Shown: positions 19,157 through 28,954, numbered from the stretch's first letter. The stretch: DNA of 64,000 bases from Candidatus Latescibacterota bacterium (GCA_965248265.1 CBDFJF010000001.1:1024001-1088000); one strand, 5' to 3'. Notes: generated by a model from the letters alone, not told the origin. Numbers and translations: made by a program.

Positions 19157-20491
19157 ATGTCATCGAGTGAGTTGGAACAAAGGGGAGCGCCAGAGCTCGC
19201 CCTCGTTATTCAACCCGAGGAGGGGAAGCCGGAGAAGGCGCTGTCCAAATTCCTCGAGCTCCTGCTCGGTTACAAGTACGGTTTGCAGGTAGAGTCCCTG
19301 CCGGATGTAGCCAGAATTCCGCCAATCCTGCGCGATAGAAGCGAACAGGTTCACTCCGTATATCTCGTGCAGCGGCAGCCGGTAAGTACCAAGAGCACGG
19401 TCCCTGTATTGAGCGTCCAGGGGACGGTTCCACTTTTTCTCATCCTTCCCGGACATGTCGCTCAGGAACAGCGGGAAGCCTGCGCGGGTCTGGACAACGT
19501 TCATCTGTGCACATGGGAGATGGCGTTTGGAGGTGGAGAGGGTTCCCTGCCGCAGATCGTCGCCAGTGGGCTGACCGACGCGGAAGAAACGTCGGATGTT
19601 AGCGAAACCCTCCTTGAGGAGCGGGTCCGGAACCGACTGGGACACATGGACACGCTGCCGACACTCCCGACCATCGTCGCCGAAATCATGCGCCTGATCG
19701 AAGACCCGGACACCACCATGGACGAGTTGGAGGTCCTGATCGCCGCAGATCCGGCGATCGCCCTGAAGGTCATGCAAACGGCCAATTCGCCGCTGTTAGC
19801 CGGAGCGGGGCGGAAAGAACAGTCGTCTCTGCAGGACGCCATCGTACGACTGGGACTGAGAAAGGTCGGCGCCATCGCTCAGCAGATTGCTCTGGTCAAC
19901 ACGTTTGTCAGTCCGGAGGCCAGCGGTTTTGACCTGCAGCGGTTCTGGGAACATTCCATCGCCTGCGCCGTGGTCGCCGATCGGCTATGTGAGGGCGATT
20001 TCGTGACCCTCCAGGAGGAGATACAATTCAACGATTACTGGATGGCCGCTCTGCTACACGACTGCGGAAAGGTCGTCCTGGGATTCTTCTTCTGGGAATG
20101 GTTCGAGCGGATCCTTCGGTTGATGGACTCGGATAATTGCTCCTTCTATGAGGCCGAAGTAGAGATCATGGGAGCCATGGCAGGACACGATCTGATCGGC
20201 GAGCTTCTCCTGCAAAAAGCGAAAATGCCGCCCGAACTTGTCGAAGCTGTGGGTCTGCACCATATGCCCGGGGACTCACCCTCGTCGTTGGTGGCCCTTA
20301 TTCATGTGGCCAACGGATTGAGTAAAGAAATCGGCCTCTCTTATATCGAAAGCGAACCCGTCAGCTACGAAACTTCGGCTCTAAACGCCTTGAACTTAAC
20401 CGCTGAAGACCTTGCCGACCTGAAAGAGATGTTGAGCGAGGCGGCTGTCAGCGAAGTCAAGGAACTCGTAAAGCAATGCATTCAAGGATAA
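19157..20491 (+). CDS. HDOD domain protein
   Basis: LPTLP, DPAIALKV, FWEHS, LLHDCGK, HH. Confidence 0.88.
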   Translation: MSSSELEQRGAPELALVIQPEEGKPEKALSKFLELLLGYKYGLQVESLPDVARIPPILRDRSEQVHSVYLVQRQPVSTKSTVPVLSVQGTVPLFLILPGHVAQEQREACAGLDNVHLCTWEMAFGGGEGSLPQIVASGLTDAEETSDVSETLLEERVRNRLGHMDTLPTLPTIVAEIMRLIEDPDTTMDELEVLIAADPAIALKVMQTANSPLLAGAGRKEQSSLQDAIVRLGLRKVGAIAQQIALVNTFVSPEASGFDLQRFWEHSIACAVVADRLCEGDFVTLQEEIQFNDYWMAALLHDCGKVVLGFFFWEWFERILRLMDSDNCSFYEAEVEIMGAMAGHDLIGELLLQKAKMPPELVEAVGLHHMPGDSPSSLVALIHVANGLSKEIGLSYIESEPVSYETSALNALNLTAEDLADLKEMLSEAAVSEVKELVKQCIQG

Positions 20492-20679
20492 TCAGGCGCC
20501 AACGAGTTGCAGATGCGAATCTACTCCGGAGGGCCATCGGGCACTCTGGATACGTTCCAGCATGTGCCTGTTTGAGATCGACACTGAGAAATCATCTCCG
20601 CCACGACGTTCGCCAAATCTTTCTCGTTCCACATCTTAACAGATTGTTTTTACTGTGATTACAACGTTTGGTCGGATTT

Positions 20680-20695
20680 TGGCTCGCATTTCGCT
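20680..20695 (+). promoter_or_regulatory. Candidate sigma-54 promoter with upstream IHF-like site
   Basis: TGGCTCGCATTTCGCT (GG-N10-GC); TAACAGATTGTTT at about 20637-20649 is one mismatch from the IHF consensus. Confidence 0.55.
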
Positions 20696-20816
20696 ATGGT
20701 TTTCGGGACGACCGCTTCCGTTGTCACGACGGTTGCACATATAATTGTGCATCGTTGAGAAAATTCAATATCTTGGAATTAGCATTTAAACGCTGGATCT
20801 GACCGGGGAAACGAAC

Positions 20817-21932
20817 ATGAAAAGACCATTCACCTCACTCGCCTTTGTATTGCTGATCTCCTTAGCCTGGATCGGGTGTGAATCCGAGTCAGGACCCGTT
20901 GCGCCCAGCACCGACCTGTCGGTTGAGATAGCAGGCAAGGCTGTGGGTGCTCCGGGCCTGGAAGTCGCTATGGCCGCCCAGAACCGCCACACCAGCCAGT
21001 TAATGGCTCTGGATGGCGTCGTCGGAACCGCCACCGGACACGGATCGGAAGGCAGTCCGGTTGTCGTTGTCTTGACGGAATCCCATGGCGTCGCAGGAGT
21101 CCCGGGAACTGTGGACGGTGTTCCCGTGATCGTTCGATATACTGGCGAAATAACAGCGTTTGCCCCACCGCCGGGCAAAGGCAAGCCCCCGAAGGACGAT
21201 CCGCCCGACGATCCGCCCGACGATCCGCCCGACGATCCAGAACCAGGACGCGATCAGCGGTGGAAGCGACCGGTTCCGATCGGTATCTCGACTGGCCATC
21301 CCGATATCACTGCCGGCACCATCGGCTGCCGCGTCACTGATGGCTTCAATGTGTTCGCCCTGAGCAACAACCACGTCTACGCTAATTCCAATGGTGCTGC
21401 GTTTGGTGATGCCGTCATCCAACCAGGCACCTTCGACGGCGGCTCATCTCCTGCTGATGACATCGGCAACCTGGCCGCTTTCAAGATCATCGACTTCACC
21501 GGTGCTCCCAACTTGATGGACGCCGCAATCGCGTCAACCACAACGGTCGACCTTGGCAATTCGACGCCATCCGACGGCTACGGCACACCGAAGTCTACGA
21601 CTGTCACGGCCAGTATCAATCAAAAAGTCAAAAAGTTCGGCCGCACGACGGGCCAGACCAGTGGCGGTGTCTTTGCGCTCAATGCCACCGTGAACGTCAA
21701 TTATGGTGCCGCAGGCACAGCGCTTTTCACAGGCCAGATCGTCATAACACCAGGCAGCTTCAGCGCGGGGGGCGATTCAGGATCCCTGATCGTGGTCGAT
21801 GGGAAGGGCAAGTACAAGGCCGACAAAGACAAACCTGTCGGACTGTTGTTCGCGGGCAGCGCTACGCATACGATCGCCACCCCGATCGATGTCGTTTTGA
21901 GCGAATTCGGAGTCACCATCGACGGCAGTTGA
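20817..21932 (+). CDS. Trypsin-like (S1/Nal1-like) serine protease lipoprotein with N-terminal prodomain
   Basis: Lipobox WIGC; GTIGC, LSNNHV (His), DAA (Asp), KFGRTTG, GDSGS (Ser), VGLLFAGS. Confidence 0.9.
   Translation: MKRPFTSLAFVLLISLAWIGCESESGPVAPSTDLSVEIAGKAVGAPGLEVAMAAQNRHTSQLMALDGVVGTATGHGSEGSPVVVVLTESHGVAGVPGTVDGVPVIVRYTGEITAFAPPPGKGKPPKDDPPDDPPDDPPDDPEPGRDQRWKRPVPIGISTGHPDITAGTIGCRVTDGFNVFALSNNHVYANSNGAAFGDAVIQPGTFDGGSSPADDIGNLAAFKIIDFTGAPNLMDAAIASTTTVDLGNSTPSDGYGTPKSTTVTASINQKVKKFGRTTGQTSGGVFALNATVNVNYGAAGTALFTGQIVITPGSFSAGGDSGSLIVVDGKGKYKADKDKPVGLLFAGSATHTIATPIDVVLSEFGVTIDGS
21195..21238 (+). repeat. 12-bp coding tandem repeat (DDPP linker)
   Basis: GACGATCCGCCC x3 + GACGATCC. 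Confidence 0.95.
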
Positions 21933-21971
21933 TGGGCTGACCATCGCGAGCTTGGAAATCGCTTTGTGATC

Positions 21972-22009
21972 GAGGGGGAATGGCAGCAGCCGTTTCCCCT
22001 CTCTTTTTT
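21972..22009 (+). terminator. Rho-independent terminator after the protease gene
   Basis: GAGGGGGAATGGC-agca-GCCGTTTCCCCTC followed by TCTTTTTT. Confidence 0.7.
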
Positions 22010-22044
22010 GTGATGCAATGACCCGGTACTGCTACCTTTGGTCC

Positions 22045-22380
22045 ATGATCCCTTTGTCGGCGCTGAAGTTTTTCGTGGCTGTAGGGATCGCTCTGCTATT
22101 AGCAGGTTGTGAGAAAGATGCGGAAATCGACATAGGAGAGGACAAAGTGTTAGAGAAAACGATTGAAGACGTCCTCGCAGCGCACACCGGTGATTGGATG
22201 TCCATTGACGGCGTCGTCGGCACTGCGATCGGCGAATCGGATGGCCGTCCTTGTATCCGGGTACTCGTCTCTGAGCGCACGGCCGCAGTCGAAGACAGGA
22301 TTCCGTCCAAAGTCGACGGTCACAAGGTCGAGATCACGGAAACTGGTGAAATCAAAGCGCTGGAGGACTCAGCGCACTGA
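22045..22380 (+). CDS. Small lipoprotein homologous to the protease N-terminal domain
   Basis: Lipobox LAGC; HT..(W/L)M..DGVVGTA.G...P..VDG..V....TGEI.A shared with 20817-21932. Start codon uncertain. Confidence 0.8.
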   Translation: MIPLSALKFFVAVGIALLLAGCEKDAEIDIGEDKVLEKTIEDVLAAHTGDWMSIDGVVGTAIGESDGRPCIRVLVSERTAAVEDRIPSKVDGHKVEITETGEIKALEDSAH

Positions 22381-22548
22381 GTTTTCATTTCCCCCCTCAG
22401 TCTACTGTTGGCTCCCGATGTACCTCTGTGGTGTTGGCCCCTGCGGCGCCCGTCATCCTGTGGCGACGAGTGGCGACGAGTGACGATGCGTGATATTGTA
22501 TTCGCGCAGTCAGCGACGCGCTACGCCGCCTCTTGGAGAGCAACCGCT

Positions 22549-23382
22549 ATGGAGCACAACCCGGCACGCTGGAAGGCGGATTTCGAACGGGACGGATACC
22601 TGGTCGTCAAGGACGTCCTTGACGCGCAGACGCTGTGGACGCTGCGCTCAGGGATCGAACAGATCACGGCTAACCCCGACGCGCTGCCCGACCACTTGCG
22701 CCGTCACATCCAATTCGAGCGTGACTACGTCGCGAAAAGACCGGATCAAAACGACTACGACGGCGCGCAGGTCGGCAACGCCGTGCGCAACATAATGGAG
22801 CTACCGCTGTTCGACCCAGCGTTCGGCAAGTTGATCGCCTACGAGCCCTTGCTCGATGTTCTGGAGGCGCTGTTCGAGAGCGGCGAGTTCCACCTCCACA
22901 ATTACAAGTGCATCGTCAAGGCGCCGCGGGTCAGCAGCCAGTTCCTGTGGCACCGCGATCTGCCTTACCTGAAGCACTCGACGTCGAACCTGATCACCGC
23001 GCTGCTGTGCCTCGACGACATGACCGCAGCGAACGGGGCAACCGTCGTGCTGCCGGGAACGCACCGGATTGCGCACGAAGACGTGCTCGATGCCGACCTG
23101 GATCTGCCCGAGGCTGGGCTGCCCGCCGACGTGCCTCGGGTGATGGTCGAGTGCCCGGGGGGCTCGGCGGTACTGTTCCACGTGAACATCATCCACGGCG
23201 GTGACGCGAACCGGGCGGACGTCCCCCGCCGCAACCTGGTCGGCATCTGGGCGGGCCCAGACACACACCCGGTGACCCCGGCGCGTTACGCCTACCAGGG
23301 CCTCATGCCGCGTAGCGCCGATCCCGCGCGGCAAAGACAGATGCGGATGACGTTCCAGTGCACACCTACGGATCCGAACTGA
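22549..23382 (+). CDS. Phytanoyl-CoA dioxygenase (PhyH) family Fe(II)/2OG oxygenase
   Basis: FERDGYLVV, WHRD, NGAT.VLPGTH, HG..N...R. Confidence 0.92.
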   Translation: MEHNPARWKADFERDGYLVVKDVLDAQTLWTLRSGIEQITANPDALPDHLRRHIQFERDYVAKRPDQNDYDGAQVGNAVRNIMELPLFDPAFGKLIAYEPLLDVLEALFESGEFHLHNYKCIVKAPRVSSQFLWHRDLPYLKHSTSNLITALLCLDDMTAANGATVVLPGTHRIAHEDVLDADLDLPEAGLPADVPRVMVECPGGSAVLFHVNIIHGGDANRADVPRRNLVGIWAGPDTHPVTPARYAYQGLMPRSADPARQRQMRMTFQCTPTDPN

Positions 23383-23409
23383 CAACGCCACTGCGACCAG
23401 GAACAGACC

Positions 23410-24126
23410 GTGAGTTACCGGACTATCAAGCACAACCTTCGAATCCATGGTGAGGCTCCCCATGGCACTGCTGTCGTCCATGGCGGCCCTGGTGGGGCCG
23501 GCGAGATGGCGTCCGTGGCGCGTAAGCTGTCCCACAGTCGCGGCGTCCTCGAGCCGCTTCAGACTGAGACATCCGTCGATGACCAGGTGGAAGAGCTTCA
23601 TGCCATTCTGCGCGATCATGCAGATCGACCGACAACCGTCATCGGGTTCTCTTGGGGGGCCTGGCTCAGTATGATACTAGCCGTTCGACACCCGGATTCG
23701 ACGGCCAGGATTATCCTCGTTGGAGCTGGTCCATTCCGGCAAGAATACGTGACCCAACTGCACGAGGCGCGTCAATTGCGAGGTGATGAATACGACCCGG
23801 TCAGTGACCCACTGGAAACAGAACTAATGGATGTCCGCAATGACATCTACGACCAGGTCTGGCCTCAAGCCGCCGAACTGCGTGAGAGTGGGGCCCTTCT
23901 CGAGCTGACCTCGCACATACGATGTCCCGTGCTCGCAATCCATGGTGATTGTGATCCCCACCCATGGCAAGGAGTGAGCGAGCCGCTTTCAGAAGTCGTG
24001 CCTGATTTTCGATTCGAGCTTCTGAAAAAGTGCGGCCACAAGCCCTGGACCGAGAGGCAGGCGAGGGATCACTTCTATCAGCTTCTGGAAACAGAGCTGA
24101 GTTGTCCCGCGGACAGGGTTCCCTGA
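23410..24126 (+). CDS. Alpha/beta hydrolase
   Basis: HGGPG, GFSWG nucleophile elbow, HGDCD, GHKPW. Confidence 0.88.
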   Translation: MSYRTIKHNLRIHGEAPHGTAVVHGGPGGAGEMASVARKLSHSRGVLEPLQTETSVDDQVEELHAILRDHADRPTTVIGFSWGAWLSMILAVRHPDSTARIILVGAGPFRQEYVTQLHEARQLRGDEYDPVSDPLETELMDVRNDIYDQVWPQAAELRESGALLELTSHIRCPVLAIHGDCDPHPWQGVSEPLSEVVPDFRFELLKKCGHKPWTERQARDHFYQLLETELSCPADRVP

Positions 24127-24127
24127 C

Positions 24128-26080
24128 ATGTCAACCCCAGTCTCCGTACCCGGTATGGTCAACATAGCGGCATCCCGTATCTCACCTCCGCCTGCCTGGG
24201 CGCTGCTCGAACGTGAGCTGATAAGCCTCATGGAAGAGGCGGCAGTGCTGACGGCTGACAAGCACACCGAGCGAGGAGGTGCGTACTACTTCGAGGACGA
24301 TCAGGACGACTACTACGAGGCGACTTACAACTGGGGGCTCTTTTATGCGATGGGTGCGGACGACCGTCTGCTCGATCTCGCCCTGCGGCAGTGGAACGCG
24401 AGCACCCGGATCAATGACGACAGAATCTCACATCGGGCCAAGCATCAAGAGTTTCATCGCGGCAAGAGACGGGTCAGATTCAGACAGCAGATTCACACTG
24501 AATACTACAACTCATCCGCTCCTGGGGACTGGGGTCATATGGGTGAAGGCAACATGGCCTTCTACGATTTCGGCATTGCGTGTCCGACCATCTCGGAGAA
24601 CGTGAGGCGGTCGAAGCGGTTCGCGGCCATGTTCATGGGCGAGGATCCCCAGGCACCGAATTACGATCCCGTTCACAAGGTGTTTCGTTCCCCTTACCTG
24701 AGCAGCCAGGGTCCTCTGTTACATGCGAAGGATGCAGATCAGGTTGACAAGTTTCTCCTTGGGACGGATGGGGGAATCTCTTTCTACGGGGTCCGTGCGA
24801 GCCTTTATCCGGTGGTTGAGGACCTGGAAATCGGCTGGCGCGAGAACCCTGACCGAAGGGAGGAGATCGTAAAACTATTTGACGAGATGGTTCTGCAAAC
24901 AGATGCGGCGTATGGCCTGGGAGCGACCGCCCTCATGACCGATGCGTATCTGTACACCGGGGACGAGAAGTACAGGCGGTGGGTCCTCGACTATACCGAA
25001 GCCTGGATCGATCGGACTCGGCACAACAACGGGATCATACCAGACAACGTTGGGCCGACGGGTGAAATCGGCGAGAGCCGTGGTGGCCAGTGGTGGGGTG
25101 GATTGGGTGGTTGGAACCACTACAACGGCTTCAAGGCCACGTTAAACGCCGTCACCATCGCATCCGAGTGCGCCACACTGCTCACCGGTGACTTCGGGTA
25201 CCTCGAACTGCTACGCTCGCAAATCAAGGTCCTGCTCGACAACTCCGAAACCCGGGAAGACGGTCAGCTTCTTGTCCCCTCTCGATACGGACCCGACGGT
25301 TGGCACGATCGCTCCCATCAGCCTTACACCTGGCCCCAGCCGATGAGGATGCAGGAGTTGGCTCACCTGTATCACGCATCCATGTCCTCCGAGGACTATG
25401 AGTTGATCACGCAAGTACGGGCGGGCGACGTCGAGCGCGACTGGAACCATGTCCCTTGCGTCGGAGAAAAGAACTTCGGTGACACGGAACACGCCAGGTT
25501 CCAATTTTATGATGGCCTCCACCCGCAATGGCCGGAGGAGATCCTGAGAGCTGAATACCAGCTCGCTCTGGAGGCTTATGAGCGAGTCCGGCTCGACGAT
25601 CGCGATGTCGAGACACTGGTTGCCGACTCTCTGAACGCACCCAACCCCGTGTACACGAAGGGGCTTACTCAAATTACAATGGGGGCTCCACAGAGCGCCT
25701 ACAACGGCGGCCTGCTCAGGGCGACTGTCCGATACTTTTCCTTCGACGGAGCCGGTCGGCCGGGCTTGCCCGCCGATGTCGCAGCTCTCGTAGACGAGCT
25801 CAAGCCCGATAGAGTCGGAGTCGAGCTGGTGAACCTGAATCGAGACGAAACCCGCGTGCTCATCGTGCAATCGGGAGCATTCGGCGAGCATCAGTTCACG
25901 CAGATAACGTACAGGGACGGAGACTCGGAGCGGGTTGTGCCGGTGAACGAGAAATACTTCGCCGTACAACTCCCACCCTCTACCGCCATCCGTGTTGAGG
26001 CCGGGATCCGCCGCTTCGTCAATGACCCCTCCTACGCATTCCCATGGCACGGGGACAGGATACCGGTGCCGTTCCAGTAA
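24128..26080 (+). CDS. Uncharacterised conserved protein, paralogue 1 of 3
   Basis: 650 aa; shares PP.WAL, DD.YE, HMGEG, PNYDP, AYLYTGD.KY, IPDNVGP.G, WWGG..GW, YNGGL, RPGLP, GEHQF with 52805 and 59880. Confidence 0.9.
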   Translation: MSTPVSVPGMVNIAASRISPPPAWALLERELISLMEEAAVLTADKHTERGGAYYFEDDQDDYYEATYNWGLFYAMGADDRLLDLALRQWNASTRINDDRISHRAKHQEFHRGKRRVRFRQQIHTEYYNSSAPGDWGHMGEGNMAFYDFGIACPTISENVRRSKRFAAMFMGEDPQAPNYDPVHKVFRSPYLSSQGPLLHAKDADQVDKFLLGTDGGISFYGVRASLYPVVEDLEIGWRENPDRREEIVKLFDEMVLQTDAAYGLGATALMTDAYLYTGDEKYRRWVLDYTEAWIDRTRHNNGIIPDNVGPTGEIGESRGGQWWGGLGGWNHYNGFKATLNAVTIASECATLLTGDFGYLELLRSQIKVLLDNSETREDGQLLVPSRYGPDGWHDRSHQPYTWPQPMRMQELAHLYHASMSSEDYELITQVRAGDVERDWNHVPCVGEKNFGDTEHARFQFYDGLHPQWPEEILRAEYQLALEAYERVRLDDRDVETLVADSLNAPNPVYTKGLTQITMGAPQSAYNGGLLRATVRYFSFDGAGRPGLPADVAALVDELKPDRVGVELVNLNRDETRVLIVQSGAFGEHQFTQITYRDGDSERVVPVNEKYFAVQLPPSTAIRVEAGIRRFVNDPSYAFPWHGDRIPVPFQ

Positions 26081-26104
26081 ACTGAAATAACACATTGCAT
26101 ATCT

Positions 26105-26998
26105 ATGGCTAATCTGCAAGGACTGATCGCACTGGTTACAGGCGCCAGCCGAGGTATTGGCAAGGCCATCGCGCACGAGTTGGGCGATGCGGGCGCGGTC
26201 GTCTACCTGACGGGTCGGACGCGACAAGGAGAGACACCTTTTTGCCAGTTATCCGGTAGCATTGATGAAACAGCAGATGCTATCAACAAAGCCGGCGGCA
26301 CAGCCTTCTCAATCCCCTGCGATCATGCACACGATGAGCAAACCCAAGGTGTGTTTGATCGCATCCAGAATGAGCAAGGGCGATTGGATGTCTTGGTGAA
26401 TAATGCGTGGTCCGGCTACCAGCGAATGCAGCGTAAATTGGAAGAAGCATTAACGGGAAAGAAATCCAAAGGCAAGATGATCGCCGGAATGGAAGAAGCC
26501 TTTGGCGAGTTCACCCATCCATTTTGGGATTTGCCCTTAGAAGATTGGGATGGGATGCAACGCGTAGGCGTTCGCTCACACTACATCGCTTCTACCCTGG
26601 CATCCCGTATGATGGTGCCAGCAAAGAAGGGACTCATCATCAATATTACAGCCGATGTCTCAGACTTGGGTGGGCAGGTTGCGTATGGTATGGCTAAGTG
26701 TGCGGTAAATCGGATGACGGCCGACATGGCGGTGCAATTGAAGGATCACGGCATATCGGTGGTCGCTGTTCAACCCGGCATGGTACTCACTGAAATGTTT
26801 GAAGAGCGCTACCGTAAAGGCTTTTTGGACGGAGCAGACTATCCCCGTTTTGAGGCCCCAGCCTTTGTCGGTCAATGTGTGGTTGCGCTGGCAGGCGATG
26901 ATGAGGTTAGCGCCAGGACCGGCTCGATTCTGCAAACGAACGAAATTGCTGAAACCTACGGCTTAAAGAAACTGGATGGCAGTCATGTTTCTCTATGA
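26105..26998 (+). CDS. Short-chain dehydrogenase/reductase (DHRS1-like)
   Basis: TGASRGIG, LVNNA, YGMAK. Confidence 0.93.
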   Translation: MANLQGLIALVTGASRGIGKAIAHELGDAGAVVYLTGRTRQGETPFCQLSGSIDETADAINKAGGTAFSIPCDHAHDEQTQGVFDRIQNEQGRLDVLVNNAWSGYQRMQRKLEEALTGKKSKGKMIAGMEEAFGEFTHPFWDLPLEDWDGMQRVGVRSHYIASTLASRMMVPAKKGLIINITADVSDLGGQVAYGMAKCAVNRMTADMAVQLKDHGISVVAVQPGMVLTEMFEERYRKGFLDGADYPRFEAPAFVGQCVVALAGDDEVSARTGSILQTNEIAETYGLKKLDGSHVSL

Positions 26999-27008
26999 CG
27001 AGAGCACA

Positions 27009-27665
27009 ATGAACCAAACCGCCAGAACCGTCTGCACAAGCTTTGTTGTGTCGCTGCTGGTATCACTTCCGACCGCTGCTGAAGAACCCGCCCCAGAGAG
27101 TGACTACGGCCGCGCACACATAGGCGGCATGCGCGGCCATATCGAGTGGGAGTCGCTGCTGCACGGCGACGGACTGGAACGGTGGGCGACCGGAGAAGAG
27201 GGTGCCTGGTCACGGCAGGGAGACACGATTGTCGTGAGCTCAGGCCAAAACGGCCACACCAGCCTGTCACAGGGCGACACCACATGGGTGAATTACGAAC
27301 TGAAGGTCGCCGCCACGTTCATTGAGGGCTCGAACCTGCAGATCCAGTTCCGGAGGTCTTCTGACGGGAGGGACTACTACTTTCTCGACTTCCTCGCGGG
27401 GTGGAAGGCGATCTCGGTCACGAAGAGGGTGGGCGGCGTGCCTGGTGTCACCAAGCTCGACGTCACGAACTATCCGTTCGAGTACGGACGTGAATACGAC
27501 ATCGTCATCGCCGTACGAGGAGAGTCCATCCACACCTACATCGACGGTCGGTTGGTCAACCGTCTGACGCATGATTTCCGGCACCGCGGAGGTATCGCTC
27601 TCGCCACCTGGGGGAATGAGACCGTCATTCGGTACAGAGACCCGAAGATCCGGCACTACCATTGA
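27009..27665 (+). CDS. DUF1080 / 3-keto-disaccharide hydrolase-like secreted protein
   Basis: Signal peptide; paralogue of 9348-10007. Confidence 0.8.
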   Translation: MNQTARTVCTSFVVSLLVSLPTAAEEPAPESDYGRAHIGGMRGHIEWESLLHGDGLERWATGEEGAWSRQGDTIVVSSGQNGHTSLSQGDTTWVNYELKVAATFIEGSNLQIQFRRSSDGRDYYFLDFLAGWKAISVTKRVGGVPGVTKLDVTNYPFEYGREYDIVIAVRGESIHTYIDGRLVNRLTHDFRHRGGIALATWGNETVIRYRDPKIRHYH

Positions 27666-28702
27666 GAGACCTGCACCTCGCGACAGAACCGGCCCTGAAC
27701 ACGGGAGATATAAAGCGGATCGCCGTCGCCGGCGCCGGCAAAATGGCGCGGAGCCGGGGGCGGGCTTTTCTCGAGACCGGGCGGGCGCAGATCTGCGCTG
27801 TCGCCTCCCGCCGCCTGGATGCGGCCGCGGCCTGCGCTGCCGAACTGGGCTGCGATGTATGGTTCGACGATACTTGCCGCCTCGCCGAGACGCGCCCGGA
27901 TGCAATCCTCATCGAGGTCCCGCATCGCGCCCAGGATGACATCACCCGACAGGCGCTGGAGGACGGTTTCGACGTCCTCATCGGTGGCTGTCTGGCCAGC
28001 GACCCGGCGGCGGGTGCCGGCATCGTCGAGCTGGCCCGTGCCGGCGACCGCGTCGTCGAAGCCGGCTACCAGCGGCGCTACGATCCGGCCTGGGTGGCGA
28101 TCCGTGACCTCGTCGCAACCCGGGAGCTGGGTGAGCCGGTGCTCGCCGTCACCATGGCCCTGTGGCGACCGGACGCCGACAGCTGGTACTGCTCGCAGCA
28201 GGCCAGCGGCGGCATGCCTTTGACGCACATGAGCTACTGCTACCTGAACGCCGTGCGCTGGATCCTGGGCCGACCGGTGACGGTGGCCGCCATGGCGCAC
28301 CGACGGGATGAGGTGAATCCCGACTTCGTGGACGAGGAAACATGTGCCGCCCTCATCGGCTTCGAGAGTGGCGCCACGCTGTCTGCGACGGCCTCCTACC
28401 GGGGCCCGGTCGGCATGCATGATCCAGAGGCCCGCTTCCTGTTCACAGCCGGTGGCCTGCAGGTGGGCGGGGCGGCGGCCGCGGATCGCGACGCGATTAC
28501 GCTGCTGCCGGACGACGGCGCCGCCGAGGTCCGCACCTTCCCCCGTGAACCATCCGCCGCCGTGTACCAGGCACAGGCCTTCCTGGACGCCCTCGAGTCG
28601 CGACAGCCGGCCCGCAACCCGCCCGAGGATGCGCTCGTGGACGTGCAGGTGACGTCGGCGATCTCGGCTGCTGCGCGCGAGGGCCGCACACTCGAGTTGT
28701 AA
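27662..28702 (+). CDS. Gfo/Idh/MocA oxidoreductase (degenerate EKP motif)
   Basis: IAVAGAGKMA, P.H, GYQRRYDP, SGG...H. Confidence 0.85.
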   Translation: MRDLHLATEPALNTGDIKRIAVAGAGKMARSRGRAFLETGRAQICAVASRRLDAAAACAAELGCDVWFDDTCRLAETRPDAILIEVPHRAQDDITRQALEDGFDVLIGGCLASDPAAGAGIVELARAGDRVVEAGYQRRYDPAWVAIRDLVATRELGEPVLAVTMALWRPDADSWYCSQQASGGMPLTHMSYCYLNAVRWILGRPVTVAAMAHRRDEVNPDFVDEETCAALIGFESGATLSATASYRGPVGMHDPEARFLFTAGGLQVGGAAAADRDAITLLPDDGAAEVRTFPREPSAAVYQAQAFLDALESRQPARNPPEDALVDVQVTSAISAAAREGRTLEL

Positions 28703-28785
28703 CCAGGAAACGGCACAAGCACCTGATCGACCGTACGTCCGCGGGCGGCTATGAACGCCTTCATCCGGGACGTTGAGGAGATATC

Positions 28786-28881
28786 ATGCAGTGGTTGTCT
28801 TTCCCCGATCCAAACTGTCAGGTCTGCGGATTTCCCTGGTTCACAGAGACGGCGCCGAGTTTCCACCTATGTGGATGGCCG
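28786..28881 (+). pseudogene. Internally deleted fragment of the SGNH hydrolase gene found at 37939
   Basis: MQWLSFPDPNCQVCGFPWFTETAP is near-identical to 37939ff; the sequence then jumps to TCCACCTATGTGGA.GGCCG (equivalent to about 38200). Confidence 0.8.
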
Positions 28882-28954
28882 GATCAGCATCGGCGGGCGG
28901 AACGACAGCTGGCAGTGACAGATGGGGACGCAGCGGTGTCGGGGCCGGTCGGTC

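Noticed and set aside
21195-21238. Short direct repeats as a CRISPR array
   Set aside because: 12-bp tandem units with no spacers, in frame as a DDPP linker.
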